This document shows positions 22,624-33,105 of a stretch of DNA of 64,000 nucleotides, piece by piece. The stretch comes from an uncultured Gemmatimonadales bacterium. GTDB taxonomy: Bacteria > Gemmatimonadota > Gemmatimonadetes > Gemmatimonadales > GWC2-71-9. The stretch is taken from positions 32,001 through 96,000 of the forward strand of contig CAWGED010000014.1 of the NCBI GenBank assembly GCA_963821525.1. The letters are read 5' to 3'. A program made the translations under genes and the position numbers. The notes below the pieces were generated by a model, which worked only from the letters and a program-made list of their open reading frames with translations, had not been told where the DNA came from and did no database searches. Each line of letters opens with the position of its first letter. Position 1 is the stretch's first letter.

Positions 22624-24497
22624 AGGAATTCCATTCGTTCCGGGTTCACGAACGGGCCACCGGCGCTCGCCTGGTGATCGTCGGCGTGTTCCTGCTGCTG
22701 GTCGGCGCCTTCTTCCGCACCCAGGTCCTGGACTACGACCGGTTCCGTCTCCGGGCCGAGAGCAACCGCCTGAGACCGGTGCCGCTGCAGCCGGCTCGCG
22801 GCACGATCTACGATCGCCAGGGGCAGATCATCGCGGAGACGGTTCCCGGTTATTCGGTCGCCTTGCTGGCGTCGTCGAGCGATTCAATGCGCCAGGTCCT
22901 GGACCGGTTCAACAAGATCGTGCCGCTCGATTCGGACGCGGTCGAGACCGTGCTGAACCGCTATCTGGTGGCTCGCTATCAGCCAGCGCTGGTCCTGGGC
23001 AATGCCACTCGGGAGCAGGTATCGCGGCTGGAAGAGCACCGCGCCAGCCTGCCGGGTCTCGTCATCCAGTCGGAGCCTCGACGGGTGTATCCGAGCTCGC
23101 GCGCTGTCTCCCACCTGGTGGGCTATGTCGGTGAAGTGACGCAGGCCGATCTCGACAACAGCCGCTACGCAAATGCCCGACTGGGTACCGTTGTGGGGCG
23201 GTCGGGACTGGAGCAGGAGTACGACGATACCCTGCGGGGGATTCCCGGGGTCCGCTACATCGAAGTGGACGCTCGCGGCCGTCTGGTGAGAGAGCAGGGT
23301 GCAGCGCCGCCGCTTCCACCGGTGGCCGGCCGGTCTCTTCGCACGACGATTGATATGCCGCTGCAGCTCTTCATCGACAGTATCTGGCCGCCCGGAATCA
23401 GCGGCGCCATGATCGCCATGACGCCGGACGGCCAGGTCCGCGCGCTCTATTCGACACCGAGTTACGATCCCAATTCCTTCGTCGGCGGGATCTCCTCATC
23501 GGAGTGGAGGAGTCTCAACACCGACCCGACTCTTCCGCTTCTCAACCGGGCGCTGCAGGTCCGGTATCCGCCGGGATCGCCCTTCAAGCTCGCGACCGCG
23601 GCGATGGCGCTGAAGCGCGGCCTGGTGGACCTGCACACGCATATGCCGGTCCCCTGCCGTGGGGGAATGCAGTACGGCAACCGCTATTTCAAATGCTGGA
23701 ACAAGACCGGTCACGGCTCGCTCGACCTGGTCGGGGCAATCGCGCAGAGCTGCGACGTCTATTTCTACCAGCTCGGCCTTCGACTCCAGCTCCACGCCCT
23801 GCTGGAAGATGGCGTGAAGATGGGCTTCCGGGACCGGACCGGCATCGATCTTGTCAACGAGGTCACGCCGATTTATCCCGGCTCCACCGCCTACTACGAC
23901 AAGACCTACGGCCCACGCGGCTGGAGCAATGCGGTGATTCTCAACCTCTCCATCGGACAGGGCGAGAATACCCAGACGCTGATCAACATGCTGAAGTTCT
24001 ACAGCGCGCTGGCCGGCGCCGGCAAAACCGCGACACCCTATCTGGTGCATCCCGATTCGGCGGCAACCTTCGATTTGGGACTCACGCCAGACCAGCTCGA
24101 AGGCCTGCGTACGGCGCTGATCGCCGTGGTGGAGCGAGGCACGGCCGCCCGGAGCCGGCGGGCCGATCTCCAGATCGCAGGGAAAACCGGAACCGCCCAG
24201 AATCCCCACGGCAAGGACCATGGCTGGTTCATCGGCTTTGCTCCAGCCGAGAAACCGGAAATCATTGTCGGCGCGATCTTCGAGTTCGGCGAGCATGGAA
24301 CCGTCGTTGCGCCGTACGTCGTGCGAGCGATCAGCCGCTACCTGTTGGGACCCGACTCCACCGGGGCCAAACCCAACATTCGGATCATCGCTCCCGAGGA
24401 CTCGGCGCCCCGCGAAGTCGAAGTGCGGCCAGCGCCCGTAGCGCCCACTGATTCACTGCTGGTGCCCAGAGTGGTTACACCTCCGCCGCCCCAATGA
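22620..24497 (+). CDS. mrdA: Penicillin-binding protein 2
   Basis: RGTIYDR, YPPGSPFK (SxxK), SCD, GKTGTAQ. Confidence 0.95.
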   Translation: MKEFHSFRVHERATGARLVIVGVFLLLVGAFFRTQVLDYDRFRLRAESNRLRPVPLQPARGTIYDRQGQIIAETVPGYSVALLASSSDSMRQVLDRFNKIVPLDSDAVETVLNRYLVARYQPALVLGNATREQVSRLEEHRASLPGLVIQSEPRRVYPSSRAVSHLVGYVGEVTQADLDNSRYANARLGTVVGRSGLEQEYDDTLRGIPGVRYIEVDARGRLVREQGAAPPLPPVAGRSLRTTIDMPLQLFIDSIWPPGISGAMIAMTPDGQVRALYSTPSYDPNSFVGGISSSEWRSLNTDPTLPLLNRALQVRYPPGSPFKLATAAMALKRGLVDLHTHMPVPCRGGMQYGNRYFKCWNKTGHGSLDLVGAIAQSCDVYFYQLGLRLQLHALLEDGVKMGFRDRTGIDLVNEVTPIYPGSTAYYDKTYGPRGWSNAVILNLSIGQGENTQTLINMLKFYSALAGAGKTATPYLVHPDSAATFDLGLTPDQLEGLRTALIAVVERGTAARSRRADLQIAGKTGTAQNPHGKDHGWFIGFAPAEKPEIIVGAIFEFGEHGTVVAPYVVRAISRYLLGPDSTGAKPNIRIIAPEDSAPREVEVRPAPVAPTDSLLVPRVVTPPPPQ

Positions 24498-25738
24498 GAA
24501 GCCTGGGACCCGATCGCCCGCTTCTGATTGTGACCGTGCTGCTCGTGCTGTTCGGTCTCCTGATGCTTTATTCGGCGGGGCAGACCGACGTGCCGGTGCT
24601 GGCCGCCGAAGGGGCCTGGAAGCGGCAGCTGATCTGGCTGGGGGCGGGAGCGATTCTCGCGGCACTGGTGTTCCGCCTGTCGCCCCGGCTGCTCGAATGG
24701 GCGGCGCTTCCACTCTACAGCTTCTCGCTCGCACTGCTCGCCGTCACCCTGGTCATCGGGCGCGGAGCGGGAACCGCCGCGAGCAGCAAGAGCTGGATCT
24801 ACATCGGTGGGCATGCCGTCGGACAGCCGGCCGAGCTGGCCAAGATAGCCGTCGTACTCATGCTGGCTCGTTATCTCTCGAGCCGGCGCGAGGCGCCCGC
24901 CAGCCTGCGGGAACTCGTGGCCCCATGCCTCCTTGCCGGGGTACCAGCGCTGCTGGTCCTCAAGCAGCCTGACTTGGGGAGCGCCCTCGTGTTCGGGGGT
25001 ATCCTGTTCGCGATGCTGTATTGGGCCGGCGTCAAGCCATCGCTGCTGTTCATGCTGGCGTCTCCCGTGGTGAGCCTGCTCCTCGCCTTCACCATCTGGA
25101 CCTGGGTCACCTGGATGGCGATCCTGATCACCCTGATGATGATTTGGCGTCCGTATGTCGCCGAAGCAGCGGCCGTGGCGGTGCTCAACGCGGTGATGGG
25201 TTTCGTCGCGATTCCCATCTGGCGGCGACTCGAGCCCTACCAGCAGAATCGCCTCCTCACGTTCCTCAATCCTGAGGTTGATCCGCAGAAGGCGGGCTAT
25301 CACGCCATTCAGTCCAAGGTCGCGATCGGTTCCGGCGGCTGGTTCGGCAACGGGTTCCTCGAAGGCCCCCAGAAACGGCTCGCGTTCCTCCCGGCCCAGC
25401 ACACCGATTTCATCTTCTCGGTGGTCGGAGAGGAACTGGGCTTCCTCGGCGTCCTGGCCGCGCTGGTCCTGTTCCTGATTTTCTTCCTCGTCCTGCTCCG
25501 GATCGCCCGCCGGGCGGTGGATCCCTTCTCCAGTCTGGTGGTCTTCGGGTTGACCGGCCTCTTCGGCACCCACGTCTTCGAGAACGTGGGGATGACAGTC
25601 AACCTGATGCCCATTACCGGGATCCCGCTCCCCTTCTTCTCCTATGGCGGGTCCTTCCTGCTGGCTTCCTCCATCAGTCTGGGGCTGGTGCTCCGGGCGG
25701 CCTGGGACGCCAGATTGGCAGGCTATGTCGATGTGTAG
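24494..25738 (+). CDS. rodA: Rod shape-determining protein RodA
   Basis: QPAELAK, QPDLGSA, HTDFIFS...EELG, PITGIPLPFFSYGGS. Confidence 0.95.
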   Translation: MRSLGPDRPLLIVTVLLVLFGLLMLYSAGQTDVPVLAAEGAWKRQLIWLGAGAILAALVFRLSPRLLEWAALPLYSFSLALLAVTLVIGRGAGTAASSKSWIYIGGHAVGQPAELAKIAVVLMLARYLSSRREAPASLRELVAPCLLAGVPALLVLKQPDLGSALVFGGILFAMLYWAGVKPSLLFMLASPVVSLLLAFTIWTWVTWMAILITLMMIWRPYVAEAAAVAVLNAVMGFVAIPIWRRLEPYQQNRLLTFLNPEVDPQKAGYHAIQSKVAIGSGGWFGNGFLEGPQKRLAFLPAQHTDFIFSVVGEELGFLGVLAALVLFLIFFLVLLRIARRAVDPFSSLVVFGLTGLFGTHVFENVGMTVNLMPITGIPLPFFSYGGSFLLASSISLGLVLRAAWDARLAGYVDV

Positions 25739-25842
25739 TAACGAGTTAGAAGCAAGGGGTGGCGCGAGCCGAAGGTGCTACCCAGATTAGGTGGATATGG
25801 ATGCTGCCCTTAAGACCCCTCCCCTAACCCCCCGACAGGTCC

Positions 25843-26712
25843 ATGGCTCGCATGGCGTGGTTTAGGAAGGAGAAGAAGCCGCGGCAGTCCACCAGGGAGC
25901 GCCTGGAGATTCCGGCGGATGCCTGGGAAAAATGCGACGCCTGCGGCCACATAGATCTCCGAGAAAAGTTCGAACGCGCGCTCAATGTCTGCCCTGAGTG
26001 CGGCTACCACCGCCGGTTTACGGCGGAGGAGTACATCGAGCTTCTGACCGACGATGGAAGTTGGCGGGAGCTCTATGGCGACCTTCGCTCGGAGGATCCG
26101 CTCGGTTTCGAGCATTACCCCGACCGTCTCAAGGCGGCCAACAAGAAGGCCGGTCACGCCGACGCGATGTACGCCGGCACCGGCCGGCTCGATCGGGTCC
26201 CGCTCAACCTCGGCGTCATGAACTTCGCCTTCATGGGCGGTTCAATGGGCTCCGTGGTAGGCGAGAAGATCACCCGGCTGGCCCGGCGCTCCGCTGAGAA
26301 ACGCATTCCGCTCATTCTGGTCTCGACTTCGGGCGGCGCCCGGATGCAGGAGGGTGTCTTTTCCCTCATGCAGATGGCGAAGACCTCGGCCGCGATCGCC
26401 CAGCTCTACCAGTTGTCGATCCCCTACATCAGCATCCTGACCAATCCGACGACCGGCGGCGTCTCCGCTTCCTTCGCCATGCAGGGCGATGTGATTCTGG
26501 CGGAACCGGGAGCGGTGGTGGGATTCGCCGGTCAGCGGGTTATCAAGCAGACCATCGGTCAGGATCTCCCGGAGGGATTCCAGACTGCGGAGTTCCTGCT
26601 GGAGAAGGGCCAGGTCGACGACGTGATTCCCCGCGCGTCACTCCGGGAAACCACGGCCCGCCTGCTGCGACACATGCGGGGGCAGAGGCCGCACGAGGAG
26701 CCGGCGGAGTAG
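25843..26712 (+). CDS. accD: Acetyl-CoA carboxylase carboxyltransferase beta
   Basis: CDAC/CPEC zinc ribbon, FMGGSMGSVVGEK, SGGARMQE, PTTGGVSASFA. Confidence 0.97.
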   Translation: MARMAWFRKEKKPRQSTRERLEIPADAWEKCDACGHIDLREKFERALNVCPECGYHRRFTAEEYIELLTDDGSWRELYGDLRSEDPLGFEHYPDRLKAANKKAGHADAMYAGTGRLDRVPLNLGVMNFAFMGGSMGSVVGEKITRLARRSAEKRIPLILVSTSGGARMQEGVFSLMQMAKTSAAIAQLYQLSIPYISILTNPTTGGVSASFAMQGDVILAEPGAVVGFAGQRVIKQTIGQDLPEGFQTAEFLLEKGQVDDVIPRASLRETTARLLRHMRGQRPHEEPAE

Positions 26713-26839
26713 GTTAGCAGCCGTCAGCCGTCAGCGATCAGCTAAAAGCCATGGGCCGAGAGGTTGGAATTTCAACCCGGGCACATGGCTTTTCCGCTGA
26801 ATGCTTATGGCTGACGGCTGACGGCTGACGGCTGCTGAC
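26713..26839. repeat. Inverted heptamer arrays (CGTCAGC)n ... (GCTGACG)n with inner stem aaaagccatg/catggctttt
   Basis: 23-nt outer arms complementary except one G-U; 10-bp inner stem. Confidence 0.9.
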
Positions 26840-27374
26840 GAGTTAGCGGAACCAGAAAATGAATCGGATGCTCATAGAACACCGGCTCGAAAAGGGCCGC
26901 TCCGGCATCCGCCATGAACGCCTGCTTCAAATCGTCGGGCATCCGGCGATCGATTTCCCTGGCCAGTTCCCGCGCCTCTTCGATTCGCCCGGCGAGCTTG
27001 CCCCGCGCCACTTCCTCGCACGCGCCGAATAGCACCCACCAGTACTGACCGTCCTCCTCGCGCTCGATGATGTCGAGCGGGAAGAGATTGCAGATGAGCG
27101 GGCGATCCTCGTATGCCGCGCAGCCCTGACTGGGACCCAGATAGAACGGACAGCGGCAGCCTTGCCGGTTGAGACGTGAGCCGCCGCCCTTCCCATACAC
27201 CCGCCGGCCGCTCTCCACTGCTCCCGCGCGCTCCCTTGGCGAGAGGTAGACCACGCTCCGCTCGCACCTCTCGCACTCGGGGCAGAGGGTGTAGCCCTCG
27301 GTGAGCTCCCGGAATCCGGGAATTCGCCGCAATTCGGCTACAAACGGGTCGGGAACGAAGCTGTATCGGCCCAT
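26805..27374 (-). CDS. YkgJ-like Cys-cluster (Zn/Fe-chelating) protein
   Basis: CPECERC, CRCPFY, C..YEDRPLICNLFP. Confidence 0.75.
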   Translation of the reverse strand: MGRYSFVPDPFVAELRRIPGFRELTEGYTLCPECERCERSVVYLSPRERAGAVESGRRVYGKGGGSRLNRQGCRCPFYLGPSQGCAAYEDRPLICNLFPLDIIEREEDGQYWWVLFGACEEVARGKLAGRIEEARELAREIDRRMPDDLKQAFMADAGAALFEPVFYEHPIHFLVPLTRQQPSAVSRQP

Positions 27375-27412
27375 GGTTCGGGTCGCCGGTGGCGGGTACA
27401 TTGGTCGGCTTG

Positions 27413-28701
27413 ATGACTCGCCATCAAACCTACACACCGTCCGCTCCGCCGAGAACCGGCGGGCCAACCGCCTCGAGCTATAGCGAGGCGCTGGAATTTC
27501 TTTTTCCTCGCACGACCACCATCAAATTCGGGCTGGACAACACCCGTGCGCTGCTGCACGAGCTGGGCCATCCGCACCGGGTTTTCGTCTCGGTGCACAT
27601 CGGGGGGACCAACGGGAAGGGAAGCGTCAGCACGCTGGTGGCCGAGGTCCTGCGCGAGGCCGGTCATCCGGGTCGGACTCTACACCTCACCCCATCTGGT
27701 TTCGTTCCGGGAACGCGTTCAAGTGGACGGAGTGCCGATTTCCGAGGCGGCGGTTGCCATGTGGACCGGACACCTGGAACGGATCATCCGAAAGCGGAAG
27801 GCCACCTTCTTCGAGGCGACGACCGCGATCGCCTTTGCCGACTTTGCCGCGCGGGGCGCCGAGATCGTGGTCGCCGAAGTGGGACTCGGCGGCCGGCTCG
27901 ACAGCACCAACATCCTGATGCCGATGGTCAGTGCGGTGACCAAGATCGAGCGGGACCACATGAAGTACCTGGGCGACACGCTGGAGAAGATCGCGATCGA
28001 GAAGGCCGGGATCGCCAAGCCGGGGGTGCCTTTTGTGATCGGGGAGACGAGACCGCGGTTGGTGGAGGTCTTACGAAAATCGGCGATCAAGGCGGGCGGG
28101 ACGAACCGGGTCAGGCGGACATTCGGGTGCTGCCGCCGGATTACCTCTGGAAGGGGCCGCTGGGGCTGGAAGGGCCGCATCAGCGCCGCAATGCCGGCAG
28201 TCGCCCACGGCATCCTCATGGCACTTCCACCCCGCTATCGGCCCGAGCCGGGCGGCCATAGAGCGCGGATTCGCCCGGGCGCGGGTGCCGGGGAGGTTTG
28301 ATCGGCGCGGCAAATGGCTGTTCGACGTCGCGCACAACCCTGACGGGATGCGGTCGCTGGTCGCCGCGGTCGAGGATGCTCGTTTGCCGCGTCCGATTCA
28401 TGCCCTCGTCTCCATTCTCGGCGACAAGGCCTGGCCGGAGATGCTGGTGCGGCTCGACTCGGTGATCGATCGTGGCATCCTGACCATCGCCCCGACTGCG
28501 GCGGGAAGGGGCTGGGACATCGAATGGCTGCGACGCTGGCTCAAGGACCCCAACCGGCCGCCACCCAAGGCTCAATGGAGCCTGGTTCCCGATTTTGGTG
28601 AGGCACTGGCCCAGGTGCAGGAAGGGGCCGGGACCGTACTGGTCACCGGTTCGTTCCATACGGTTGGGGATGTGATGGGGGCGATTGGGATGGAGCCTTG
28701 A
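27413..28701 (+). CDS. folC: Dihydrofolate/folylpolyglutamate synthase; several indels
   Basis: HIGGTNGKGS, GLYTSPHL, EVGLGGRLDSTN, DVAHNPDG, VTGSFHTVG across frames. Confidence 0.9.
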
Positions 28702-28705
28702 AGGG

Positions 28706-28823
28706 CGATTGAAGATCGTTGATTGAAGATTGCTGATTTGCCCGGGCTCCAGGAGATCCGGCTGAATGCCCGGATCAATACCGCAATCCGCGCAATCGGC
28801 AATCTGCCATACCGACAATCGAC
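28706..28823. repeat. Inverted heptamer arrays (GATTGAA-like)n ... (CAATCNN)n
   Basis: gattgaagatcgttgattgaagattgctgattt ... caatccgcgcaatcggcaatctgccataccgacaatc. Confidence 0.75.
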
Positions 28824-28850
28824 CGCGACCGTCGCTATCTTTCCGCGCCT

Positions 28851-30149
28851 ATGCAACCCAAGGCCCTGCCGGGGTTTCGGGACTTTTATCCAGCCGACTT
28901 CGCCTTCCGGGCCCACTTGTTCAATACCTGGCGCGCCGTTGCGGCGCGTTATGGTTTTGAGGAGTGGGATGGACCACCGCTCGAACCGCTGGAGTTGTAC
29001 ACGGCGAAGAGCGGCGACGAGATCGTGGGTCAGCTCTACAACTTTGTAGACAAGGGAGAGCGGGAGGTCGCACTCCGGCCGGAGATGACTCCGACTCTGG
29101 CGCGAGTCGTCGCGGCCCGGGCCAACGGGCTCCGCAAGCCGATCCGCTGGTATTCGATCCCTCAGCTCTTCCGCTACGAACGGCAGCAGCGCGGCCGGTT
29201 GCGTGAGCACTTCCAGCTCAACTGCGACCTGATCGGCGAGCCAGGGCCCCTGGGCGATGCGGAAATCATCGCGCTGGCCATTGATATCATGCGGGCCTTC
29301 GGACTGGGGCCGCAGGATGTGCGGGTGAGGGTCTCGGACCGCCGGGTGCTCAACGCGTTGTTGCAGGACCTCAAAGTCCCGGCTGCGCAGTTGCCGCTGG
29401 CGTATCAGGCGCTCGACAAGCTTGGACGCCGGGACTATGCCGATCTCCGCCGCCAGGTGATCGCGGATGGCATGGACGCCGGCGTCCTCGATCAGCTCGA
29501 ATCGCTCAAGAATGTGCGGACCTGGGAGCAATTCCTGCAGGCGAAGGGCTCGCATGCCGGCGCGATCGCGGCGGGGAACCAGCTGGGTCAGACCATCGCC
29601 GCGTTGCACAGCATGGGACTCGAGGAATTCCTCGACTTCGACCTGACGATCGTGCGGGGGATCGCGTACTACACCGGCACGGTCTTCGAGCTGTTTGATG
29701 CGAAGCGCGAGCTGCGGGCAATCTGTGGCGGTGGGCGCTACGACAACCTGCTCAGCTCCCTCGGCGGCGTAGACCTCCCGGCGGTGGGATTCGGGATGGG
29801 AGACGTGGTCCTGGGCGAGCTGCTCAAGGATCGGGGACTCGCGCCACCGTTGCCGGCGCCGATCGACGTGCTCGTCGCGGGGATCACCGACCAAGATCTC
29901 CCCCACGTCCTTCGCCTCGCTCACGAGTTGCGCGATGGCGGAATTCGCGTCGAGTTCGTGCTGAGCCTCCAGCCGATCGGGAAGCAGTTGAAGCTCGCCG
30001 ATGCCCGGGATGCGAGGTTCGCGGTCCTGATCGGCCCGGACGACCGGGCCAAAGGGGAAGTAGTCATCAAGGATCTTCGGACGAAGGAGCAGGTACCGAT
30101 CGCGGCGTCATCCGTGGTCAACGAACTCAAACGCCGTCTCAATGCATGA
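28851..30149 (+). CDS. hisS: Histidine--tRNA ligase
   Basis: LRPEMT, FRYERQQRGRLREHFQ, RGIAYYTG, GGGRYD. Confidence 0.97.
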   Translation: MQPKALPGFRDFYPADFAFRAHLFNTWRAVAARYGFEEWDGPPLEPLELYTAKSGDEIVGQLYNFVDKGEREVALRPEMTPTLARVVAARANGLRKPIRWYSIPQLFRYERQQRGRLREHFQLNCDLIGEPGPLGDAEIIALAIDIMRAFGLGPQDVRVRVSDRRVLNALLQDLKVPAAQLPLAYQALDKLGRRDYADLRRQVIADGMDAGVLDQLESLKNVRTWEQFLQAKGSHAGAIAAGNQLGQTIAALHSMGLEEFLDFDLTIVRGIAYYTGTVFELFDAKRELRAICGGGRYDNLLSSLGGVDLPAVGFGMGDVVLGELLKDRGLAPPLPAPIDVLVAGITDQDLPHVLRLAHELRDGGIRVEFVLSLQPIGKQLKLADARDARFAVLIGPDDRAKGEVVIKDLRTKEQVPIAASSVVNELKRRLNA

Positions 30150-30192
30150 GATTGAGGTCAATCTTCAATCTGAAATCTTCAATCTGAAATTC
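30149..30192. repeat. Heptamer array (CAATCTT/CAATCTG/AAATCTT) filling the hisS-proS gap
   Basis: caatcttcaatctgaaatcttcaatctgaaattc, preceded by a short gattga arm. Confidence 0.85.
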
Positions 30193-30197
30193 ACAGA

Positions 30198-31649
30198 ATG
30201 GCAGACGATAAGGCCCTGACTCCCCGCGCCACCGACTTCAGCGCCTGGTACAACGAAGTCATCATGCGAGCCCAGCTGGCCGACTACAGCCCGGTGCGCG
30301 GATGTATGGTCATCCGTCCCAATGGCTACGCCATCTGGGAGCAGATGCAGCGCGCCCTGGACGAGATGTTCAAGGAGCATGGGGTTCAGAACGCCTATTT
30401 CCCGCTCTTCATTCCGATGAGCTTCTTCTCCAAGGAAGCGGAGCACGTGGAGGGGTTCGCGCCCGAGCTGGCGGTGGTCACGCATGGTGGCGGGAAGGAG
30501 CTGGAGGAGCCCCTCGCTATCCGGCCCACCTCGGAGACCATCATCTACTCGATGTACGCCAAGTGGATTCAGAGCTACCGCGATCTGCCGATGCTCATGA
30601 ACCAGTGGTGCAACGTGGTCCGTTGGGAGATGCGCACGCGGTTGTTCCTGCGTACCGCGGAGTTTCTCTGGCAGGAGGGACACACGGCTCACGTCTCCGA
30701 GGCGGAAGCCGAGGAGTTCACGCTCACCATCCTCAAGACCTACCGCCGGTTCGCGGAGGAGTGGATGGCGATGCCGGTGATCACGGGCCTGAAGACCGAC
30801 AGCGAGCGTTTCGCCGGCGCGCTCCGCACCTACTGTATCGAAGCGCTGATGCAGGACAACAAGGCGCTGCAGGCGGGCACCTCCCACAACCTGGGGCAGA
30901 ACTTCGCCAAGGCGTTCGAGGTCACCTACCAGAACGACAAGGGCGGGCTCGACTACGTGTGGAACACCTCGTGGGGAGTGTCGACTCGGCTCGTCGGCGC
31001 GCTGGTCATGACCCACGGAGACGATGCCGGCATCATCACGCCGCCACGACTGGCGCAGTACCAGGCCGTCATCGTGCCGATCTACAAGTCGGACGAGGAG
31101 CGGACCACGGTGCTGGACGCCGCCCAGCACGTGTACCGCGAGCTCAAGACCGGCGGGATCCGGGTGCATCTCGACGCGCGAGACGGGATGAAGCCCGGCG
31201 CCAAGTACTACGAGTGGGAGGGGAGGGGAGTCCCGCTGCGCCTGGAAATCGGTCCGCGCGATGTGGCGGCAGGGCACGTCATGCTGGCCCGGCGAACCGG
31301 TGGGAAGAAGACGCCCTTCGCTACCAACGGACTGGCGCATTCCCTCAGGATCGAGATTGACGCCATGCAGCAGGATCTGCTGGATGCGGCCCGCACTCGC
31401 CGGGAGCAGAACAGCGTCCGCGGGATTGAAAGCAAGGAGGCGTTCCTGGAGTTCATCGCTCGGGACGGCGGATTCGCTTACGCCGGCTGGTGCGGCGACA
31501 CCTTTTGTGAGGCCGACATCAAGGAGCAGACGAAGGCGACGATCCGGTGCCTGCCGGACGAGGAGTTCCGCTCTCCGAAGGCGCCGACCAGGTGCATGTG
31601 GTGCAACCGTCCCGCGGTAGCGGAGGCCGTATGGGCGAAAGCGTACTGA
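30198..31649 (+). CDS. proS: Proline--tRNA ligase, archaeal/eukaryotic type
   Basis: DFSAWY, IRPTSET, FLRTAEFLWQEGHT, QAGTSHNLGQNF, C-terminal Cys motif and AKAY; no editing insertion. Confidence 0.97.
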   Translation: MADDKALTPRATDFSAWYNEVIMRAQLADYSPVRGCMVIRPNGYAIWEQMQRALDEMFKEHGVQNAYFPLFIPMSFFSKEAEHVEGFAPELAVVTHGGGKELEEPLAIRPTSETIIYSMYAKWIQSYRDLPMLMNQWCNVVRWEMRTRLFLRTAEFLWQEGHTAHVSEAEAEEFTLTILKTYRRFAEEWMAMPVITGLKTDSERFAGALRTYCIEALMQDNKALQAGTSHNLGQNFAKAFEVTYQNDKGGLDYVWNTSWGVSTRLVGALVMTHGDDAGIITPPRLAQYQAVIVPIYKSDEERTTVLDAAQHVYRELKTGGIRVHLDARDGMKPGAKYYEWEGRGVPLRLEIGPRDVAAGHVMLARRTGGKKTPFATNGLAHSLRIEIDAMQQDLLDAARTRREQNSVRGIESKEAFLEFIARDGGFAYAGWCGDTFCEADIKEQTKATIRCLPDEEFRSPKAPTRCMWCNRPAVAEAVWAKAY

Positions 31650-31675
31650 AGCCGGATCCGCAGAAAAGCGGGAAA

Positions 31676-32974
31676 GTGGGCCGTGCGCTCGTGGATACCA
31701 AGGCGCTGTTCGCCGATGCGGGGCTCACCCGCGAGAGCCATTCGCTGCTGCTGGGCGGAGTCCATCTGAGCGAAATCGCGGAGAAGGCCGGCACCCCGAC
31801 TTTCGTCTACAACGCCGAAGTGATCCGGCGACAGTTTCGCACCTTGGACACGGGCCTCACCGGGGTGAAGCACCGGGTCTGTTTCGCAGTGAAGGCCAAC
31901 AGCAACCTCGCGGTGCTGCGGGTGCTACGTGATCTCGGCGCCGGCGCCGACATCGTCTCGGGCGGTGAGATGCTGCGGGCCCTCGCCGCCGGATTCCCGG
32001 CCGAACGGATCGTGTTCAGCGGCGTCGGCAAGTCTCTCAGGGAACTCGACGCCGCGGTAGAGGCCGGTCTCGGCCACATCCATCTCGAATCGGCCGACGA
32101 GCTTCACGCGCTCAGCGGCATCGCGGCGAGGCAGAAGCGGAAGGTTGTCGTCGGCATCCGGGTGAACCCGGAGGTCTCGGCCGATACGCATCCCTACATC
32201 GCGACGGGACAGGGCGGCATCAAGTTCGGAGTGCCGTTCGATCAGGTGGTCGACCTGGCGTTGGCCGTCCATGCCGACGCATGGCTTCAGCTGGACAGCA
32301 TCGCCATGCACATCGGCAGCCAGATCCTGGATGCCAAACCCTACCGGCAGGGGCTCGAACGCCTCACCGAGCTGGTGGGCCGGGTGCGGGACGCCGGTGT
32401 CGATACCCTTCGCACCCTCGACATGGGGGGCGGCCTCGGCATCCGGTATCGCGACGAGACGCCGCTCACTCCGGACCGGTTGGTGCAGGCCATAATGCCC
32501 GTGGCCGAGCAGACCGGTCTCACCATCGTGCTGGAGCCCGGGCGCTTCCTGGTCGGCAGCGCGGGCGTCCTGCTCACCACCGTGCTGTCACGTAAGCATT
32601 CGGGTGGGAAGGAGCTGGTCCTGGTGGACGCCGGCATGAACGATCTGGTGCGCCCGAGCCACTACCAGGCGTACCACGAAATGGTTGAGCTGGAGACCAA
32701 AGGCAGGCCGGGAGGGCTGGTGGACGTGGTTGGCCCGGTCTGTGAAACCGGTGACTTCCTGGCGCTGGACCGGGAGCTGCCGGGCCTGGTCGCTGGTGAG
32801 CGGCTCGCGGTGCTGAGTGCCGGAGCCTACGGATTCGTCATGAGCTCCAACTACAACGCACGGGCTCGTGCGGCCGAGGTCATGGTCGATCAGGGTCGGT
32901 GGGGGGTGGTACGAGACCGTGAGAGAGTGGAGGAGTTGTTTGCGGGAGAAAGGGCGGAGCCGGAATGGGAATAA
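31676..32974 (+). CDS. lysA: Diaminopimelate decarboxylase
   Basis: FAVKANSN, HIGSQ, EPGR, CETGD, GAYGFVMSSNYN. Confidence 0.96.
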   Translation: MGRALVDTKALFADAGLTRESHSLLLGGVHLSEIAEKAGTPTFVYNAEVIRRQFRTLDTGLTGVKHRVCFAVKANSNLAVLRVLRDLGAGADIVSGGEMLRALAAGFPAERIVFSGVGKSLRELDAAVEAGLGHIHLESADELHALSGIAARQKRKVVVGIRVNPEVSADTHPYIATGQGGIKFGVPFDQVVDLALAVHADAWLQLDSIAMHIGSQILDAKPYRQGLERLTELVGRVRDAGVDTLRTLDMGGGLGIRYRDETPLTPDRLVQAIMPVAEQTGLTIVLEPGRFLVGSAGVLLTTVLSRKHSGGKELVLVDAGMNDLVRPSHYQAYHEMVELETKGRPGGLVDVVGPVCETGDFLALDRELPGLVAGERLAVLSAGAYGFVMSSNYNARARAAEVMVDQGRWGVVRDRERVEELFAGERAEPEWE

Positions 32975-32977
32975 AAT

Positions 32978-33082
32978 CGAGTACCGAGTACCGAGTACCG
33001 AGTACCGAGTACAAAACGGCGGAGAATCGCTGCCCCGATGTCAGAAGTCGGTACTCGATCTCGGCTACGCAGTACTCGGATA
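32978..33082. repeat. Heptamer array (CGAGTAC)5 with degenerate inverted arm (GGTACTC)
   Basis: Perfect array 32978-33012; tcggtactcg at 33048 and agtactcgg at 33071. Confidence 0.88.
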
Positions 33083-33105
33083 CTTTCTTATCAAATAGAC
33101 GGAGA

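Noticed and set aside
25810..25835. C-rich tract before accD as a repeat element or G-quadruplex
   Set aside because: Single short occurrence with no convincing partner arm.
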